A stretch of 19,192 nucleotides of DNA. Source: Armatimonadota bacterium. GTDB lineage: Bacteria > Armatimonadota > Zipacnadia > Zipacnadales > UBA5352. This document shows positions 1-7,838 of this stretch, one piece after another; the stretch's first letter is position 1; each line of letters begins with the position of its first letter. Both the position numbers and the translations under genes were made by a program. Location of the stretch: contig JAYENL010000298.1 of assembly GCA_034722055.1 (NCBI GenBank), positions 1-19,192 on the forward strand, written 5' to 3'. The notes beneath the pieces are model-generated. The model was not told the origin of the DNA. It saw only the letters and a program-made list of their open reading frames with translations, and made no database searches.

Positions 1-17
1 TCTCGAACGCACCGCTC

Positions 18-70
18 AGGTTCCACCCCGGCCCACGTGTTAGGTAGCGTCTTGGGCCGGGGTGGAACCT
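18..70. repeat. Perfect 18-bp inverted repeat with a 17-nt loop
   Basis: AGGTTCCACCCCGGCCCA (18-35) is the exact reverse complement of TGGGCCGGGGTGGAACCT (53-70). Confidence 0.9.
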
Positions 71-310
71 TCGGTCTGTTCGCTATGCTCACAGGCCTCA
101 CCGGGCGCTGCGCGCCCGGCGGCCCCTCCATCAGGCACACCGCGGATCTTCAAGGCAACCAAATGCTAAGCGCGCTCGTCGTCAACATGCGCGCAATTGC
201 GCAAGTTAGCACTAGCGTACGCCGCTTCGCTCGCCCAGTCTCCCGGCAACAGGTCTGGGGACGTCCCGGAATCGTCGATTGAGGACAGGGGCGCCCGCAA
301 GCCAACTCAG

Positions 311-534
311 TGCTGGGGCGCGGGCGCCCCCGCCCGCGTATCGTCTGACTGAGACCGCCGAAAGGGTCAAGTGGCGCTGCGCGCCACAAGCCGCCGAGGG
401 CGCTGGCTTCCCAGCATGAGATGCTCATTCTTGCTGGGGCGCGGGCGCCCCCGCCCGCGCATCGTTTGACTGAGGCCGTCCAAGAGGTCGAGTGGCGCTG
501 CGCGCCACAAGCCGCCGAGGGCGCCGGCTTCCCA
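311..534. repeat. Tandem duplication of a 103-bp REPIN/BIME-like unit (period 121 bp)
   Basis: Copies lie at 311-413 and 432-534, with 9 mismatches by hand alignment. Each unit is CTGGGGCGCGGGCGCCCCCGCCCGC, a central GTGGCGC-TGC-GCGCCAC hairpin, and an inverted REP-like end GCCGCCGAGGGCGC(C/T)GGCTTCCCA. A partial third end is at ~552-570. Confidence 0.9.
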
Positions 535-715
535 AGATGAAGAGCGTCGGTGGGCGCCGGGTTTCCAGCACGGGACACCCATCCTTCGGGGGGGGGGTGG
601 CCGCAGGCAGAGACAAACAACGGCCTCCGGCCTGGACTGAGGCAGGGGGGAGAAGCGCATAGCGCTCCCGACCGGGGCTACACCGACACTGCCGATTGGC
701 ACCCCAGACCGCGGC

Positions 716-1528
716 TCACTTCACCGCCCCGGCGGTCAGGCCGCGCACGATGTGGCGCTGGAAGAGCAGGTAGAGCAGCATCAGCGGCACCACCGCCACC
801 GTCACTCCCGCCAGGATCGCCCCCCAGTTGGCGATGTGCTCCCCCTGGAAGCTCAGCAGCCCCACCGGCAGCGTGTAGTGGCCCGTCTGCTTGATGAACA
901 CCAGCGCGAAGGGCAGCTCGTTCCAGATCCAGGCGGCCTGGAAGATGGCCACCGTCGCCACCGCCGGCCGGGCGATGGGCATGAAGATCGCCCACAGGAT
1001 GCGCAGGTGGCCCGCGCCGTCCATGATGGCCGCCTCCATCAGCTCCCTGGGGACCTCCACGAAGTAGGCCCGCAGCAGCAGCGTGGACAGCGGCAGTCCG
1101 AAGGCCACGTAGGGGCCGATGATCGCCAGGTAGTCGCCCACGTTGAGCGCGGCATTGAGCTGATACAGCGGTATCAGCACCGCGTGCGCCGGGATCAGCA
1201 GCCCGGTGAGGATGAAGCCCAGCACCAGCGAGGAGGCCCGGAAGCGCAGCCGCGCGAAGGCGTAGGCCGCCGGGGCGCTCAGGGCGATGATCAGCGCCAC
1301 CGAGATGACCGTCACGGCTGTGGAGTTGAGCAGGTAGAGGCCGATGTGGCCCTTCCAGGCCGCCACGTAGTTGTCCACGTAGGCCCGATCCGGCAGCCCC
1401 CAGGGCTCCACGCGCAGGGCGTTGCCGGGCCGCACCGAGCCGATGATCGTCCAGATCAGCGGCAGCATGAACACCAGCGCCAGCAGCGCGAAGAGCCCGT
1501 CCGCCAGCCACGCCGTCGCCCGGCGCAT
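716..1528 (-). CDS. Carbohydrate ABC transporter permease (MalG/UgpE-like), 270 aa
   Basis: This is the C-terminal part of track ORF 716..2890. The real start is the ATG at 1528, overlapping the upstream TAA (TAATG) and preceded by GGAGG. It has the EAA loop (ELMEAAIMDGA), AYAFARLRF, WNELPFAL and a C-terminal FQRHIVRGLTAGAVK. Confidence 0.95.
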   Translation of the reverse strand: MRRATAWLADGLFALLALVFMLPLIWTIIGSVRPGNALRVEPWGLPDRAYVDNYVAAWKGHIGLYLLNSTAVTVISVALIIALSAPAAYAFARLRFRASSLVLGFILTGLLIPAHAVLIPLYQLNAALNVGDYLAIIGPYVAFGLPLSTLLLRAYFVEVPRELMEAAIMDGAGHLRILWAIFMPIARPAVATVAIFQAAWIWNELPFALVFIKQTGHYTLPVGLLSFQGEHIANWGAILAGVTVAVVPLMLLYLLFQRHIVRGLTAGAVK

Positions 1529-2403
1529 TAGCCGAATGCCTCCTCCCGCCGCGTCAGGCGCAGGTAAATGGCGGTGGCGATGAGGGTCAGCACCAGCATC
1601 ACGGTGGCGATGGCCGCGGCGTAGCCCATGCGGTCGTCGCTGAAGGCGGAGCGGTACATATAGGTGGCGAGCACCTCGGAGGCGTGGTTGGGGCCGCCCT
1701 CGGTCATCACCCAGATGAGGTCGAAGATCTTCACGGAGCCGACCGTGATCAGCAGCGCATCCACCAGCACGATGCGCTTCATCAGCGGGAGTGTGATGTG
1801 CCAGAAGGTGCGCCAGGCGCCGGCGCCGTCGATGCGCGCCGCCTCGTACAGATCCTCGGGAATGGCCTGCAGGCCCGCCAGCAGGATCATCATGTGAAAG
1901 CCCGTGTAGCGCCAGCAGGAGACGGCGATGATGCACAGCGTAGCGAGCTGTGGGTCGCCCAGCCACCCGGCGGTCCACTGCTGGGCACCAAGGCGCTCCA
2001 GCAGGGCGTTGAGGGCCCCGAAGTTCGGGTCGTAGAAGAGGGTCCAGATGAGCCCCACGGCCACCGCGGGCACGATCAGCGGCGAGAAGAAGAGCGTGCG
2101 CAGAAGCCGGTGGCGGCGCAGCGCCGAGCCGATCGCCACCGCCAGCAGCATCGCCAGGGGGAGCTGAACCGCTAGCGACAGGACGATCCACAGGGCGTTG
2201 TTCTTCAGCGCCGTCAGCAGCACCGGATCCTGGAGCAGATCGGCGTAGTTGCCGAGGCCCTTCCAGGTGCGCACGGGGCGCAGCGCGCTCCAGGAGTAGG
2301 CGCTGAGGACGATGGTGTGCAGCAGCGGATAGGTGATGTAGAACGCGAAGACGGCCAGCGCGGGGAGCACGAGCAGCCAGGCTGTGAGGGGTCGGTGACG
2401 CAT
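1528..2403 (-). CDS. Carbohydrate ABC transporter permease (MalF/UgpA-like)
   Basis: Motifs include GLGNYADL, EAA loop LAGLQAIPEDLYEAARIDGA, FWHITLPL, MTEGGP and MGYAAAIA. The start may be 2403 or 2415; the GGAG at 2417-2420 is too close to 2415. Confidence 0.95.
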   Translation of the reverse strand: MRHRPLTAWLLVLPALAVFAFYITYPLLHTIVLSAYSWSALRPVRTWKGLGNYADLLQDPVLLTALKNNALWIVLSLAVQLPLAMLLAVAIGSALRRHRLLRTLFFSPLIVPAVAVGLIWTLFYDPNFGALNALLERLGAQQWTAGWLGDPQLATLCIIAVSCWRYTGFHMMILLAGLQAIPEDLYEAARIDGAGAWRTFWHITLPLMKRIVLVDALLITVGSVKIFDLIWVMTEGGPNHASEVLATYMYRSAFSDDRMGYAAAIATVMLVLTLIATAIYLRLTRREEAFG

Positions 2404-2433
2404 GGTTCGATGCATGCTCCCGGGGGTAGCGGG

Positions 2434-3813
2434 CTACCCGGTCTGCGCGCCGACGGTGGTGCCGCCGGCGGCCTCCAGCTCCTCCTTCACCTCCGCCTGG
2501 CGCTCGCGGATGTCCTCCAGGATCTGCTCCGGATCCGTGGAGCCCTCGATGAGGGCCTGGCAGCCGTCCAGCAGCACCTCCGCCACCTGCCGGGCCATCA
2601 GCGTGTCGGCCCAGGGCACGATGGTGCTGGCCCGGGCAACCTGCCTGGCGTACTCCTGCAGATGCACGTCGGCATTCTCTTCGGTGACCGCGCCATCGAC
2701 CAGCACCAGCTCCTTGCACCGGTCCACGAAGAGGCGGGCGGACTCCAGGGAGTTGAGGTGCTGCAGGAAGGTGATGGCGTCGTCGGGATGCTCGGTCTTC
2801 GAGGAGATCACGTAGCCGTCGGCGCCGCCGTGCAGCGCCTGCTGGTTCCCGGCACCGCCGGTGGCGCGCGGGAAGTTGAACCAGGCCCACTTGTCCCAGA
2901 ACTCCTCCGGGGCCTCCCCGCCCTCGCGGAAGTTGTTGAGGTTCCAGGTGCCCGTGTAGAACATGGCGGCCTCGCCGGTGTAGAACAGGGCACGGGCGTT
3001 CTCGCGGGTGGTGCCGTTGGGAGCGCGGTTGAAGAAGCCGCGCTCCACGAACTCCTGGAACATCTCCAGGCCCTGCAGGTAGCCGGGATCGTCATACCGC
3101 CCCGGCCCCAGCGGGTCGAAGTCCTCCAGAAGCTGCTGCTCGCCGATGAGCCGCTGCCACAGGCAGGAGACGTAGTGATGCGCGGGCCACTTCACGGAGT
3201 TCCCGAGGGCGATGGGGGTGACGTCGGCCTGCTTGAGCGCCTCGCAGACGTCCACGAGCCCGGTCCATGTGCCCGGGATCGGCAGATCCTGCTGCTCGAA
3301 CAGCTCCGTGTTGTAGAAGAAGAACGTGCACTGGCGCAGGAAGGGGATGCCGTAGCTCTCGCCCCCGAAGGTGTACCACTTCAGGGCGTCGCCCATAATG
3401 CGCTGGCGCCAGGCGCCATCGTTGGCGTTGAGCGCGTTTGTGATGGGCAGCACATTCCCGCCGCGGACGAAGTTGTGCAGCCACTCGCCGCTCCACACGA
3501 AGAACACATCCGGCGGCTCCCCCGAGCCCACCGCCACCCGGATACGGGTCTTGTAGGCGTCCGGCTCCACGGGCGTGACATTGACCTTGATGTCCGGATG
3601 CTGAGCCTCGAAGTCCGCAACGATCTCCGCCAGCGCCGACTTGCGAGGCTCGGTGCTCCAGATGGTCCACATCTCCAGCTCGACCGGCTCGCCCTCCGCC
3701 ACGCCCGGACCTGCGGCGGGCGGCGGCGTCACCTCCTCGCCGCCCGGACAGCCGACGAGCAGGAGAGCCCCGACGAGGGCCCAGCCGAGCGCGAGTGCGA
3801 TGTCGCGACGCAT
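2434..3813 (-). CDS. Carbohydrate ABC transporter solute-binding lipoprotein (SBP family 1), 459 aa
   Basis: Lipobox LLLVGC, FEAQHPDIKV, GEPPDVF, YGIP, FYNTELF and FYTGEAAM motifs. An AAGGAG RBS lies at 3824-3829, and the gene is adjacent to two permeases. Confidence 0.95.
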   Translation of the reverse strand: MRRDIALALGWALVGALLLVGCPGGEEVTPPPAAGPGVAEGEPVELEMWTIWSTEPRKSALAEIVADFEAQHPDIKVNVTPVEPDAYKTRIRVAVGSGEPPDVFFVWSGEWLHNFVRGGNVLPITNALNANDGAWRQRIMGDALKWYTFGGESYGIPFLRQCTFFFYNTELFEQQDLPIPGTWTGLVDVCEALKQADVTPIALGNSVKWPAHHYVSCLWQRLIGEQQLLEDFDPLGPGRYDDPGYLQGLEMFQEFVERGFFNRAPNGTTRENARALFYTGEAAMFYTGTWNLNNFREGGEAPEEFWDKWAWFNFPRATGGAGNQQALHGGADGYVISSKTEHPDDAITFLQHLNSLESARLFVDRCKELVLVDGAVTEENADVHLQEYARQVARASTIVPWADTLMARQVAEVLLDGCQALIEGSTDPEQILEDIRERQAEVKEELEAAGGTTVGAQTG

Positions 3814-3915
3814 AGTCTCTCGACTCCTTGAGCGCGACGCGGTAGGGTCCTCAATCTATTCCACGCGGGCGAGGCAGGCTCCTTTGCGGGCCGCCGCGGG
3901 CCCCTTCGCGCGTGC

Positions 3916-3962
3916 GTCGTTGCGACGTTCCGTGGCACGGACACTCCTGTCCGTGCGCCGTT
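3916..3962. repeat. REP-like element, with an inverted near-copy at 18568-18613
   Basis: GTGG followed by the palindrome CACGGACA-CTCC-TGTCCGTG. The reverse complement matches 18568-18613 with a few substitutions and indels. Confidence 0.85.
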
Positions 3963-3995
3963 GGTGCGTGAGCTCAGCCAGCAGCGATAACGACC

Positions 3996-4360
3996 GGGCG
4001 GGCAGGGAAGCCCGCCCCTCCTGACGACATGCGTGCCTCGCCCTCGTATCCCTGGGAATCTGGGCCCGGGTCCTGAGAGTCTGGGCCGCGGGCGCCTCGC
4101 CCGCGCGTCGTTGCCGCACGTCAGTGAACAACGGTGTCGGGCTGGAAGCCCGACCTACGCGATGAAGGTTGTACGCCGTTGCCGTTGTGGTGACGCCGTC
4201 GTCCACGTCAGAGCGGGCCTTCGGCCCGCAGGCGGGCGGGGACGCCCGCCTCCCATTACCGACCAGCGGCGCAGGGAGCGAACGGCAGGCCGGACGGTGG
4301 TCCGGCCTCTCCACGCGAGGTACGGCTCGCGTGAACGGCGGCGAGGGCGCCGGCTTCCCA
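3996..4360. repeat. Mosaic cluster of REP-like palindromes
   Basis: Elements: GGGCGGGC..GCCCGCCC (3996-4017); CTGGGCCGCGGGCGCCTCGCCCGCG (4081-4105, same family as 313-338); minus-strand GTAG-GTCGGGCT-TCC-AGCCCGAC (4136-4158); GCGGGCGGGGACGCCCGCCTCCCA (~4232-4255); GGCCGGAC-GGTG-GTCCGGCC-TCT-CCAC (~4288-4314); and CGAGGGCGCCGGCTTCCCA (4342-4360, identical to 516-534). Confidence 0.8.
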
Positions 4361-4400
4361 GAATGGGATACTGATTCGAGAGGGCACGGCGCCGGAACAA

Positions 4401-4429
4401 TTGACAGGGCGCTCCCGTCCTACTAACAT
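4401..4429 (+). promoter_or_regulatory. Sigma70-type promoter of the envelope operon
   Basis: TTGACA (4401-4406), a 17-bp spacer and TAACAT (4424-4429), 64 bp upstream of the ATG at 4494. Confidence 0.75.
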
Positions 4430-4493
4430 CGCATGCGAGCCCCTGCCCGGCGACAGCGCCCGGCGGAAGCGAATCCGTGAGGTTTCCCAACCG

Positions 4494-7400
4494 ATGCACC
4501 AAAGCCGTCACCTGCCTACTTGCACCCCTGTCATCGCGCTCCTGGCGCTGCTGATGTCGGTGTTCTGTGCGGCCGACCCCCTGGACGACATCGAGGAGTT
4601 CTTCGACGACGCGGGGCTGTTCCAGGGCATCCAGGTCAGCGGGAGCAACAGCTTCACGCTGCAGGGCCACGCCCTGGAGGGATCCAGGTCGGCATTCGAG
4701 GGCCAGCGGTGGGATACCGGCTCGCTGGTTCGCCGCAGCAGCCTGCACATCGAGGGCCCCATCTGGCAGAACCTGGGCGTCCAGGCCGACATCTCCTCCA
4801 TCGGGTGGGGCCGCAGCTATAACCGCTTCGTCCTGGGCTGGACCACCGACGAGACCGCGCTGTACTACGGGGATCTCAACGTCCGGCTGACGGGGAACGA
4901 GTTCGCCAGCTTCAACAAGACCCTGGAGGGCTGGCAGCTCGACCAGGCGCTGCCCAACAACGGCCTGCTGCGGGCGTTCTACTCCCGTGAGAAGGGCCTC
5001 ACCCGGCGGGAGACCATCAACGGCAACAACACCTCCGGGCCGTTCTTCCTCCGCTACACCCCCATCATCGAGGGCAGCGAGGTGGTGAAGGTCGATGAGG
5101 AGGTCATGCGCTTCGGCCGGGACTACCGCCTCGACTACGAGACCGGCCAACTCAAGTTCGAGCCCGTGGACGGCCCTCCCCGGATCATCCCCAGCACCTC
5201 CGTGATCTCCGTCAGCTACCAGTCCTACGGGTGGCAGAGCACACCGGGGAACCTCTACGGTGCGCGGGCGGAGATGCCGCTGATGGGCGACAAGATGCTG
5301 GTTGGGCTGACGGCGCTGATCCAGGACAGGCGCGATCCCAGCAGCGCCGGCGACACCGCGGGCTTTCAGGAGGACATCTTCCAGGGCTCGGGCAGCACCG
5401 GCCCCTTCGACGTGAACTTCCGCCCCATCCTGCCCAACGGCGCCACCGTGGTCTACGAGGGAGAACGGCAGACTATCGACCAGACCGTGGTGGTGCTGGT
5501 GGACAACGTGGAGCAGGTGCAGGGCGTGGACTACGACGTCTACCACGACATCGGGCGCATCATCTTCCGCCGCGCGGTGCCACCGACCTCGCTGGTCATC
5601 ATCCGCTACTACTATGATCTCGGCGAGCCGCTGGTGGGTGGGGACTCCAGGGTCGTGGGCCTGGACCTGGGCTGGCGTGTGGCGGAGGGCATGACCCTGC
5701 GGGCGGACTGGGCGCAGAGCGACCAGGACGCCGACGGCCTCAGCGGCCAGGCGCTGCGCAGCAGCCTGTCGTTCTCCCGTCCGCGGCTGAACGCCACGCT
5801 GGAGATCCGGGACGTGCAGCCGGAGTTCAGCTACCTCGAGACCGTGGGCTTTCAGCGCAAGGAGAAGGGCCTCAACTTCGCTGCCCAGTGGCAGGCGAAT
5901 GACCACATCTCCGTCTACGAGCGCTTCTCCAAGCTGAAGAGCGACAGCGGTCTGCTGTTCGGCTACAGCGGCTACACAGGTTACTCCGGCGGGGTCACGC
6001 GCACATTCGGCGTCAGCCCGGCACAGACGACCGCCAGCAGCCTGGAGACCAACACCCAGCGCAACGACTTCGGCGTGGACGTCCGCTATCCCGGCTGGCC
6101 GACGCTGAGCTTCACGCGCCAGGACATGGAGAACAGCGGCGGCTCCCGCGGCGACAGCCGCAACAGCACCAACAGCCTCACGCTCAACTACTCCCCCCGC
6201 GAGCAGCCCTACAGCCTCCGCCTGGCCCTCAGCGACAGCAGCCAGCGCTATCTGGGGGCCGACGCCGGGGGGGCTCTGGGACAGCCCCGCGGCTCCTCCA
6301 CCGACCAGACGCAGCTCTCGGCCCAGTACTCCCCCACCTCGACGCTGAGTCTGGGCGCGCACTTCGGGACCAACAGCGCCACCTCGCTGGGAGAGGCGGG
6401 TAGCTCCAGCAGCACCGTCAGCCAGCTTTCGGCGTCGTGGAGGCCATCCACCCGGCTGAGCCTGAACCTCGACCACACCATGTCCGAGTCTGACGGCGCG
6501 GTGACCAGCGGCTTCTACGGGGGGATCGGCGGCTTCGGGACAGGGAGGCTGACGCCCTACCAGATCCCCGGCAACCCCGGCGGGGGCGGTGGCGAGATCC
6601 CCGACGAGGACGAGGAGGAGCAGGAGCGGTCGCGGTACGAGGACACCGACACCCGGCTGAGCCTCAACTACAGACCGGCTAAACGGGTGGACCTCAGCCT
6701 CTCGGCCGGCTGGCGAGACTATACCAGCGGCGGTGGCGTGGGCTATCTCGCCGACAGCGAGCAGACCTACTACAACGCCTCCGCGAGCTGGCGGCTGGGG
6801 CAGGGCCTGGCGCTGACAACCACGTGGGGCAGCGACGAGATGCGCTTTCTGGAGGAGGACCGCGGCACGATCACCAACGACATGCTGTCCCTGGGGCTGA
6901 ACTACCGGCCGGAGGGACAGCCCTGGGGCCTGGGCGTGAACCTGCACCGGCAGACGGGCAGCAGCCCCACCTCCGTGGGCTTTGGCGACAATCAGGTGAC
7001 CCGCGTGGTGCCCACCGACCTGTTCGACATCTCCGGGGAGCTCAGCTACGACCTGGGTCCTGGGATGAGCCTCTTCGGCCGCCTGGGGCGCGCGGATTAC
7101 GACAGCGGCTACGCCGTCTTCACCAAGGACACCGGCGAGGTGGGGCTGCGCTACCGGATGAGCGACCTGGCGGACATCAACTTCGGCTACCGGTACATCC
7201 GCAATATCAGCGGGGAGCCCGACCTGCCGCTGCCGGGCGCCGTGGGCGGCGCCAGGTCCGGCCAGAACTACATCGCTCACACAGTCATGCTCGGCCTCTC
7301 CAGCAACTTCACCAGCGGCCTCGGCTCGGCGGGACGGACCGGGCCTGCCGGCTACTCGGGCTACGGCGGCGCCATGTCGAGCTTCGGCGGCTACGCCATC

Positions 7401-7838
7401 GGCGGCTACGCGGGCGGCTACGGGTACGGAGGAAGCGGCCTGGGCGACTTCTCGGGCGCCAGCACCTATCGGCGCACGGGGCTGTCGGGGGGCTATGACC
7501 GTGGGGGCTACACGGCGACGCCCTTCGGGGGCGGCGGGATGACCGGCGGGACGGGGTGGCGATCGCAGGACTTCTCGGCCGGCGCCAACATCGCGCGCGG
7601 CTCCAGCGCCACCTACCAGCCGAGAGTGGGACGGCGCGGCGAGGGCTTCGAGGTCGGGGAGGGCGAGTTCCGCCGGGAGACTGAGGAGCAGAGGATGCAG
7701 CAGCCGCCGGCCCCCTTCGGGCCCGGGGGCGAGATGCGGCGGCGGCCCGGCGAGCGTCCGCCGCTGGGGCAGCGGCCACCTGAGGGCGAGGCCCGGAGGC
7801 GCGAGGACGTGCACAGGTGGTGGCAGTGGTATGAGTGA
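4494..7838 (+). CDS. Large predicted outer-membrane beta-barrel protein with SprA-like motifs, 1114 aa
   Basis: ATG 4494 follows GAGGT (4479-4483) and begins a hydrophobic signal peptide. The protein has many amphipathic strands with aromatic ends (LTLNYSP, LSAQYSP, LSASWRP, LSLNYRP, LGLNYRP, VGLRYR). It carries two copies of G-x-x-GPF...I...V.VD.....G.DY...Y..G.(L/I).F and a GDLNV...NKTLEG...YSREKG segment recalling the SprA N-terminal region, plus a Gly/Tyr-rich C-terminal tail. Confidence 0.8.
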   Translation: MHQSRHLPTCTPVIALLALLMSVFCAADPLDDIEEFFDDAGLFQGIQVSGSNSFTLQGHALEGSRSAFEGQRWDTGSLVRRSSLHIEGPIWQNLGVQADISSIGWGRSYNRFVLGWTTDETALYYGDLNVRLTGNEFASFNKTLEGWQLDQALPNNGLLRAFYSREKGLTRRETINGNNTSGPFFLRYTPIIEGSEVVKVDEEVMRFGRDYRLDYETGQLKFEPVDGPPRIIPSTSVISVSYQSYGWQSTPGNLYGARAEMPLMGDKMLVGLTALIQDRRDPSSAGDTAGFQEDIFQGSGSTGPFDVNFRPILPNGATVVYEGERQTIDQTVVVLVDNVEQVQGVDYDVYHDIGRIIFRRAVPPTSLVIIRYYYDLGEPLVGGDSRVVGLDLGWRVAEGMTLRADWAQSDQDADGLSGQALRSSLSFSRPRLNATLEIRDVQPEFSYLETVGFQRKEKGLNFAAQWQANDHISVYERFSKLKSDSGLLFGYSGYTGYSGGVTRTFGVSPAQTTASSLETNTQRNDFGVDVRYPGWPTLSFTRQDMENSGGSRGDSRNSTNSLTLNYSPREQPYSLRLALSDSSQRYLGADAGGALGQPRGSSTDQTQLSAQYSPTSTLSLGAHFGTNSATSLGEAGSSSSTVSQLSASWRPSTRLSLNLDHTMSESDGAVTSGFYGGIGGFGTGRLTPYQIPGNPGGGGGEIPDEDEEEQERSRYEDTDTRLSLNYRPAKRVDLSLSAGWRDYTSGGGVGYLADSEQTYYNASASWRLGQGLALTTTWGSDEMRFLEEDRGTITNDMLSLGLNYRPEGQPWGLGVNLHRQTGSSPTSVGFGDNQVTRVVPTDLFDISGELSYDLGPGMSLFGRLGRADYDSGYAVFTKDTGEVGLRYRMSDLADINFGYRYIRNISGEPDLPLPGAVGGARSGQNYIAHTVMLGLSSNFTSGLGSAGRTGPAGYSGYGGAMSSFGGYAIGGYAGGYGYGGSGLGDFSGASTYRRTGLSGGYDRGGYTATPFGGGGMTGGTGWRSQDFSAGANIARGSSATYQPRVGRRGEGFEVGEGEFRRETEEQRMQQPPAPFGPGGEMRRRPGERPPLGQRPPEGEARRREDVHRWWQWYE

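Noticed and set aside
311..570. Possible CRISPR array
   Set aside because: There are only two long units with nearly identical interiors, no unique spacers and no cas genes.
588..597. G10 homopolymer as a phase-variation tract
   Set aside because: It is intergenic, downstream of the ABC operon and not within a visible promoter. It probably forms one arm of a C(UUCG)G hairpin.
37..702. Short ORFs in the left intergenic region
   Set aside because: They translate the repeats, lack an RBS and show no protein-like composition.
1529..2890. N-terminal 454 aa of track ORF 716..2890, suggesting a fused permease
   Set aside because: This is an Arg/Pro/Ala-rich off-frame reading over the real permease and SBP genes. 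The true start is the ATG at 1528.
4401..4493. TTG start at 4401 for the barrel gene
   Set aside because: The TTG belongs to the TTGACA -35 box. ATG 4494 has an RBS and begins the signal peptide.
4494..7838. Calling the barrel LptD or a TonB-dependent receptor
   Set aside because: I can see no N-terminal OstA jellyroll, TonB box or plug motifs. This is not fully excluded without structure prediction.
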